DNA of 64,000 nucleotides. Source: the human T2T-CHM13v2.0 reference genome, Homo sapiens. The DNA lies in the NCBI RefSeq assembly GCF_009914755.1, contig NC_060934.1; one strand, 5' to 3'. Under the pieces are notes generated by a model. The model saw only the letters and a list, made by a program, of their open reading frames with translations. It was not told where the DNA came from and did not search any database. Positions 57,871 through 64,000 of this stretch are shown piece after piece (within the stretch, counting starts at the first letter, position 1; each line of letters opens with the position of its first letter). The position numbers and the translations under genes are program-made.

Positions 57871-60800
57871 GGGGCATTGACATTCAGGCCAGCCAAGTTT
57901 TGATCACAGGGATCATGTTTGTGAGGCAGAAGAGCAATATGAGTTTCATTTGATGATGTAGAATAATACCATTTTTGCCTTTCCTCATCACAGTTATCAC
58001 ACAGAATCATAATGATCAATGTTCCTGTCTGTTTTCTCCATTAGATTGAAAGTCCTTAAGATCAAGGACTGAGTATTTTTTTGTGGGGGCTTTTAAGTAC
58101 CCTTAATTACACAAAGCTGTGCACCCAGTTATTGAGTGGAGACTGACTAGGGACATGTCTGGAATGAGGCAGTGGGGAGCCAGCCCCTGCTTCCCTTTCT
58201 TGCTGCCTGTTACATGTTGAACATCAGCCAAAGTGGTTTTCTCATTTATAAAATCATTAAGTTATTATGTGGCTCCTCATCCATGTGGTTAGAGGAAGTC
58301 GAGGTCACTCTGAGCCTCGCAACACTATTATTAGAGTTAGGCCATCAGTGAACTGTGAGTAAGAGGATGCATGGTGGTGAACTAATGGACAGCTGTTTAC
58401 CAAGGATTTACTTCTCTCCACACCTATGTTAAATACTATGGGGGCATATAAAAAGTGCATATAGGATCACATAAGAGCACTGTCCTTCAGAAGTATACAG
58501 CATACTGGACTGATGAGGTTCCTCTACACGCAATAGAAATAAAAGAATGTCTGAATAGTCCATGGAACCTGCCTTGGTTTATTTTTATCTATAAAGTTGG
58601 ACTGGATGATCTCTAAGGATCCTTTGAGTTTGAAGCTGATGGAGAGCTCAAAGAGTTCAGCAGGGGTAAATAACTAGGAAGGGCAGGCAATGCTTATTCA
58701 GCACCTTCTTCATAAACAGAGTTTGTAGGCAGGGTAAGGGTGGGTGAAAGGTGGAGCTGGGAATCTATCAGCTGGGGTTTGAATGGGAGTGGAGAAAGCA
58801 TCCCAAGAGTGGAGAAAGCCACAGCAAGGGGCAGAACCTGGAAGAGCATGCAGAATGGAGGCTGCCTGTGGCATCCAGGCGGGCCTCAGATGGCACCGAT
58901 CCTCAGACAGTGGTCAGGGTAACACTTTCAAGACAGCTCCCTTGTGAGCTTTAGTACCTCTCTTTAGAAGTTGCTGGCAGTGCATTGGCTGGGATCCTGA
59001 AAGTTCATGCTCTGTGCTAGTGTATGGGGAACATTCTGATACTTGGGTTAGTGATTTCTGGGACTGAATATTAAGGACTTGATCTTCTGTCCGTTCCACC
59101 TGCTTTCAGGACCACTGGAGATAGTCCCTTGGCTTCTACTGAAGCTGGAAGATCTGTGTCCATGTACAAGATCAACAACCATTATCTCCTTGGACTTCTA
59201 ACTCACTCCAGCATTGAACAGCTGCTGTTTTCCAAGTTAAGGGTTTTTTTTTTTTTTTTTTTTTTTAGCCAATTATAGCTCACAAAAGTTTGTGCTTGCT
59301 CTGTCCAGGTGGGTCTGCCAGAGGCCCCCTGACCCAAATGTTCTGTCCCCACATCATGTGGCAGCACAACCCAATTAGAGGTGACCAGGGCAGCTGTCCA
59401 CATAATTGTATGCAGTTAACATCTAACCCTTGGCTTTCTTGGCAAAGCAAAGGCATTGGCCTTTTGGCTTCTGCTGGTCCGGTCAGCAATTACCCAGTTA
59501 TTAAAACTAAATAATTGCCATTAGCTCTTGTCCTCAGTGCATCCTGAGTCTCACTGCAGGTGGATCTTCATCTCATTTGCAAAGCTCTCCAATGCAAGGC
59601 AAGGGATACTTGTCCTTCAGACACTAGGCAGGTACAACAGCAGAGCAGTCTCCCTGTGTGCCACAGTTTCCAGCTGCTTTTGCGTTTCGAGGTGTTACTG
59701 TGAATTTTGCGCTTCTGCCACAGAGCCGATGCCTTGTGTGTCTGTGTGCTTGTGTATTCAGAGGGCTGCTGTTTTATTGTTGGGTTGGGGGGATTTTCCT
59801 TTGCTTTTTCTTAGCTGGATATTGCCTTTTGGTGGTGGCTTGAAATTCAGTTCGGGGGTGTGAACTTTCTCTTCATTTTTTTCTCCTTTTCTTTCTTTCG
59901 AGTTCTCATTTCTGAAGAGATTTCTGTTCTTAAATCCTAGCATTAAATGGAGGTGTTTTCATTTTCTCTGGGAGAAGTTTCACAGCACAGGTGTGTGCTT
60001 GATTCTCTACTTGCGGTTCCCCACTGCCACCACCCCCCCCCACCCGCTGCCTTGATGCTGATAGTGGCTGTCTAAAGTACAAAGGGAAAGTTAAGCTTAC
60101 AGGTTGTCCTTCTCTTTGATTGTATTCTTGGCTGTAGCTTCTCAGCCCTTTGCAGGAGGAACTCACATCAGGCTGGAACATAAAAACAGGAGAATTTTCA
60201 GCCCTGGAAATAATTGCTTCTTGGAGTAGATCCTTTGGGAGCCTCCACACTGAGGAATGAAGTTTGACTAAGCCCCAGCAATGAATAGGACTTGGATGAG
60301 GAGAAAGGGTCTGAGATCTGTGTTTCGAGGCAAGGAAAATTCTGGCAGGATCCGTTTGCATATATATTGAGGCCTAATTAGGCCCTCGGTGTGTTTGGAC
60401 TGCTTTGTTGCGGTGGGTATGATATTATTCCATTTTAAGTACTTCCAGAGGGCAATGATCTTTAACTCAGATTCATTCCTGGACTTTATTTTTGCAGGGG
60501 TGGGTGGAGTGTAACCATAATGAGGGTTACTGCATTTTGTCTTTATGGCTATAATCTCACTCATTTATTCCTTTCTTCAACTATTTGATACATGTTTATC
60601 AAGTGGTCACCCAGTATAAAGTATGGCACAGCCTTGAACCATAGATTAAGGTGGTAGGGAGAGTCTGTAGGGGCCATTGTCTAACTTCTCATTTTGCAGA
60701 GGGGGAAACTTTGTCTCCATTTTTCTCATCTGTTTAGTGTCTCTCCAAGATCCCGGGCCTTTGAACATTCTAGCTTTGGGATGTCTCCTTTCCTGGATGC

Positions 60801-61097
60801 CCTACACTTCATCACTTTAAAATGACAGCTGAGACCTTGCAGGGTCATTGAGGTTATTAGGTGATCTAGCTGGTACTTTGGGATATTGTGGCTCCTCGCC
60901 AAGTAGGAATGGGCTCACATCTCTCTTTTAGTCCTTCTCCCAAGCAGCTTCTCCAGCCCCAGAGTTCATTCTTTCTGTGCTCCCTTTTTAGCGGCCGGAC
61001 AGGGCTGATATGCCTCCACAGTTCTGAGTTGACCCAGACATGACTTCACTCTGAAGAAGTAGATCCTGTTAGGGAAACCGGTTTCAAACATGAGGTC

Positions 61098-61557
61098 TTG
61101 TATGGCTTGAATTGTGTCTCCCTAGAATTTACATGTTGAAATCCTAATCCCTGGCACCTGAGAATGTGATTGTATTTGGGAATAGGGTTGTTGCAGATGG
61201 AATTAGTTAAGAGAATGTCATGCTGGAGTAGGGTGGGCCCTGATCCAGTAGGACTGATGTCCTTATAAAAGGGGGAAATTTGGACACAGACACATATAGG
61301 GAGGATGCCATGTGAACATTAAGGCAGAGATCAGGGTGATGCAGCTGGAATGCCAGAGGTTGCCATCAAACAACTAGAAGCTGGCCAGAGGCTGGAAAAG
61401 ATAATTTATTAAAAGATAATCCCTTAAAAGGAAGCAACTCTGTCCACACCTTAATCTTGGACCTCATCCTCCAGAACTGTGATAAGATAAATATCTGTTG
61501 TTTAGGCCACCCAAACTGAGTGGTACTTTGTTACAGTAGTCTTAGCAAACTCATACA
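61098..61557 (+). mobile_element. MLT1B-like MaLR solo LTR
   Basis: TGTATGGCTTGAATTGTGTCTCCC...GTCCTTATAAAAGGGGGAAATTTGGACACAGACAC...TTTGTTACAGTAGTCTTAGCAAACTCATACA. Confidence 0.88.
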
Positions 61558-64000
61558 CAGAGGATTTGAGAGTGTTTTCTGGAATCTGCAGAGGGCCAAA
61601 TAATCCCCTGGGGAGGGGACATGACTGAAGAGGGACTTGTCTCTCTCTCACTGCCATTCCAACAGAACAGGGGATTCTTGGATAATATTCTGCTGAGATT
61701 GCGTGAAGGTTACTTTAGTATATAGTTTCAGCATATTGATTATATGTGACCTTTTATCTGGAATACCCTCTGACTTTTTTTGCCCAAGTTTTATTTTTCT
61801 CAAGTCACTGTTTCAGATCCGGCTCAGTCCTCACCTCCTTGGGATATCTTTTTCTACACCCAGGCTTGGGTAGGTGTTTTCTGCTCTCCTTTGCTGTAAC
61901 TTACCTCGTTGTATTCTATTTATGCTGATTTGCTGATTCACCAGGTGTTCTGTCGAGGATCTGTCACGGCCTGGTGATGTCCTGTTGGTTCTGGGTCAGT
62001 GGCTGACACAGAGGAGGTCCCTGTGCTTGAGGAGCTTGTACAGAACTGGGGTGAATGGATGGTAAACACGCTAGTGGACAGAATAATTTCAGATTCTGGA
62101 AGGTTCTAGAGAAAAAACAAAACAAAGTAATGTACCGAGGGGAAGCAAGGGACAGCTAGAGATACGGGGCCCAGGGGGGCAATAGCTGAGCTGAGATCTG
62201 AAAGAACAGGAGTCGGTCATGCAAAGATCTGCAAAAGAAAATCCCAGGTGGGGGAAGAGCAAAGTGCAAAGGCCCAGAGGAGGGACCTGTCCTGGTGTGT
62301 TCAGGATGGAGTGCTTGGAGAATGGCAGCTGAGCAGGAGAGTCAGTGGTGAGGTGGAAGAGATTAGCAGGAGTGGGGTCTTGTGTGCCTTGTCTCAGGGC
62401 CAGACTGTGAACTTAGCATGGAAAGGATTTTGTAACTTTTGTCACTACAGCACCTGGCACACAGTCAGTGCTTAATATATGTATGAATAACCATAAACAC
62501 TTGTATGTATACCTGTTAATCAAACATTATTAAACAATACCTCATTTATCTAAGAATTGCTTCTTAGGCAACCTCTGCTAGCCAGGGTGCATCAAGAAGC
62601 AACAAAGAAACAAACACAATTCAGAGACACCAAGTCAAGATGTCAAGAGTTTTATGTACTCCAAGTTGAACATTTTTCTCAGAGAATACTGACTTTGGTC
62701 CTTGTTCAGAGCCCAGTAACTATTTCTTTATATACTATTATAGTACTTTCTTTGCATATTATTGTAATAACTTTGAGTGTTAATTTTCTCAGTTCCTAGC
62801 AAATTTAGAGCAAGAAGTTATCATTGGGAAGGAAGTAGGAATTGGAAAATTGACATGAGAGGCAGACACTGTGATGGCAATATGACGTGACGACAGACAG
62901 ACTGTAGATAGGAAGGAAACAGCTAGGACTTCAGAAAGCTCATCAGTATGAGTCTCTTGATTCAGAGACAAGCAGTCTTAAATATCACAGTAAGCCTGAG
63001 ACATCATGTATGATAGCTTGGTAAAAATACATGCTCTTAACAATGAGGATTCTGAAGTACTGCAGGACAGATTACGTTTTTTTTTTTTTCTCCATTTGTT
63101 TTATCGAAGAAAACAGGGAAGTAGAGACCATTCTAGAATAATTTCCATTTGAAATGGTTAAAATTCAAAAACAGATCTGGTGCTTAAGGATAAGCTTCAT
63201 TTATCTGGAAAATGTACTTCTATGGAAATCCTACCTCCTTGAATGATGCCAAATAAATGAAAATGTGATTGTTTAGCCCTTTGATCTTCAAAAGCCTTAG
63301 TACAAGTGGTAGATGATTTCCTGTGACCTCCCAATCAGACCAAGGAATTACTATTTCTGTTTTTTCTCCTTCCTAAGAGCAAGGTAGAAAATGACGAGCA
63401 AACAATGACATTATTACAGTGGCATTTTAATGGGTGTTCAGGGAACTAAAAAGTCAGCAGAGGCACTGTATGAAATATTCATGGGTATTTTTCTATTTTC
63501 TTGCCTCTTCTCGCTCCAGATACAGGAATGAAGTGTATCTGGAGAGAGAAGATACATACCATATCTGGAGAGAGAAGAGGCAAGAAAATAGATACAGGCC
63601 AAGTGTTCTGAGTACAGGAAGCATGCAGAAATGGCTCCTGCAGGCCTATCTTTGACCTTTCATGGGAGGGATAGACAAGGCTCTTCCATCCCCCACCCCA
63701 AACCTTAATTTTTATTTTCCTGAAATCTTGTTTTTCCAGTAAGCTGAGATCCCTCTGCTTCTTGCAGAGTATCCAAGATCCTGAATGGATATTGACAGTC
63801 TAATCTCCCCTTGGGAATTAGAGGAGGATTTTGAAGATGCAAATTTCCCCACTAAAGGCTTCTGGGAGAGGGTGAATGTGATCAAACAGATTATTGTCAT
63901 TGAAGTGAGAAAATGGGGGCTGGATGGACTGGTCTGGGGTACCTCTTAGGTACTGCCTGTAAAGCGTTGACATGATACAAAGTCAGGAGATCCCTAGGAA

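Overview
Primate (human-like) non-coding genomic DNA, dense in repeats, with no intact host protein-coding gene recognisable. It holds a full-length L1PA4-like LINE-1 (22149-28294, minus; ORF1 intact, ORF2 disabled, TSD visible), a 5'-truncated L1PA2/3-like copy (38943-40458), a twin-primed inverted L1, older L1M fragments, ten Alus, MaLR/ERVL LTRs, hAT MITEs (MER58A, MER33, MER1B), CR1/L3 and MIR/L2 remnants, and microsatellites. The most notable non-repeat feature is a decayed, intronless RFPL4-like ubiquitin-ligase pseudogene on the minus strand (~40616-41830). It has two tandem in-frame RING+linker modules, the second absent from the ORF track, followed by PRY-SPRY. Just upstream are DUX-like, E-box and TATA-like motifs. 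Other points of interest: non-consensus variants shared by two L1s of different subfamilies (likely gene conversion), a perfect 25-bp inverted repeat, a stop-interrupted L1 ORF0, and several repeat-free candidate regulatory blocks. Repeat subfamily calls come from recalled consensus sequences, not a database search, and boundaries of old repeats are approximate.
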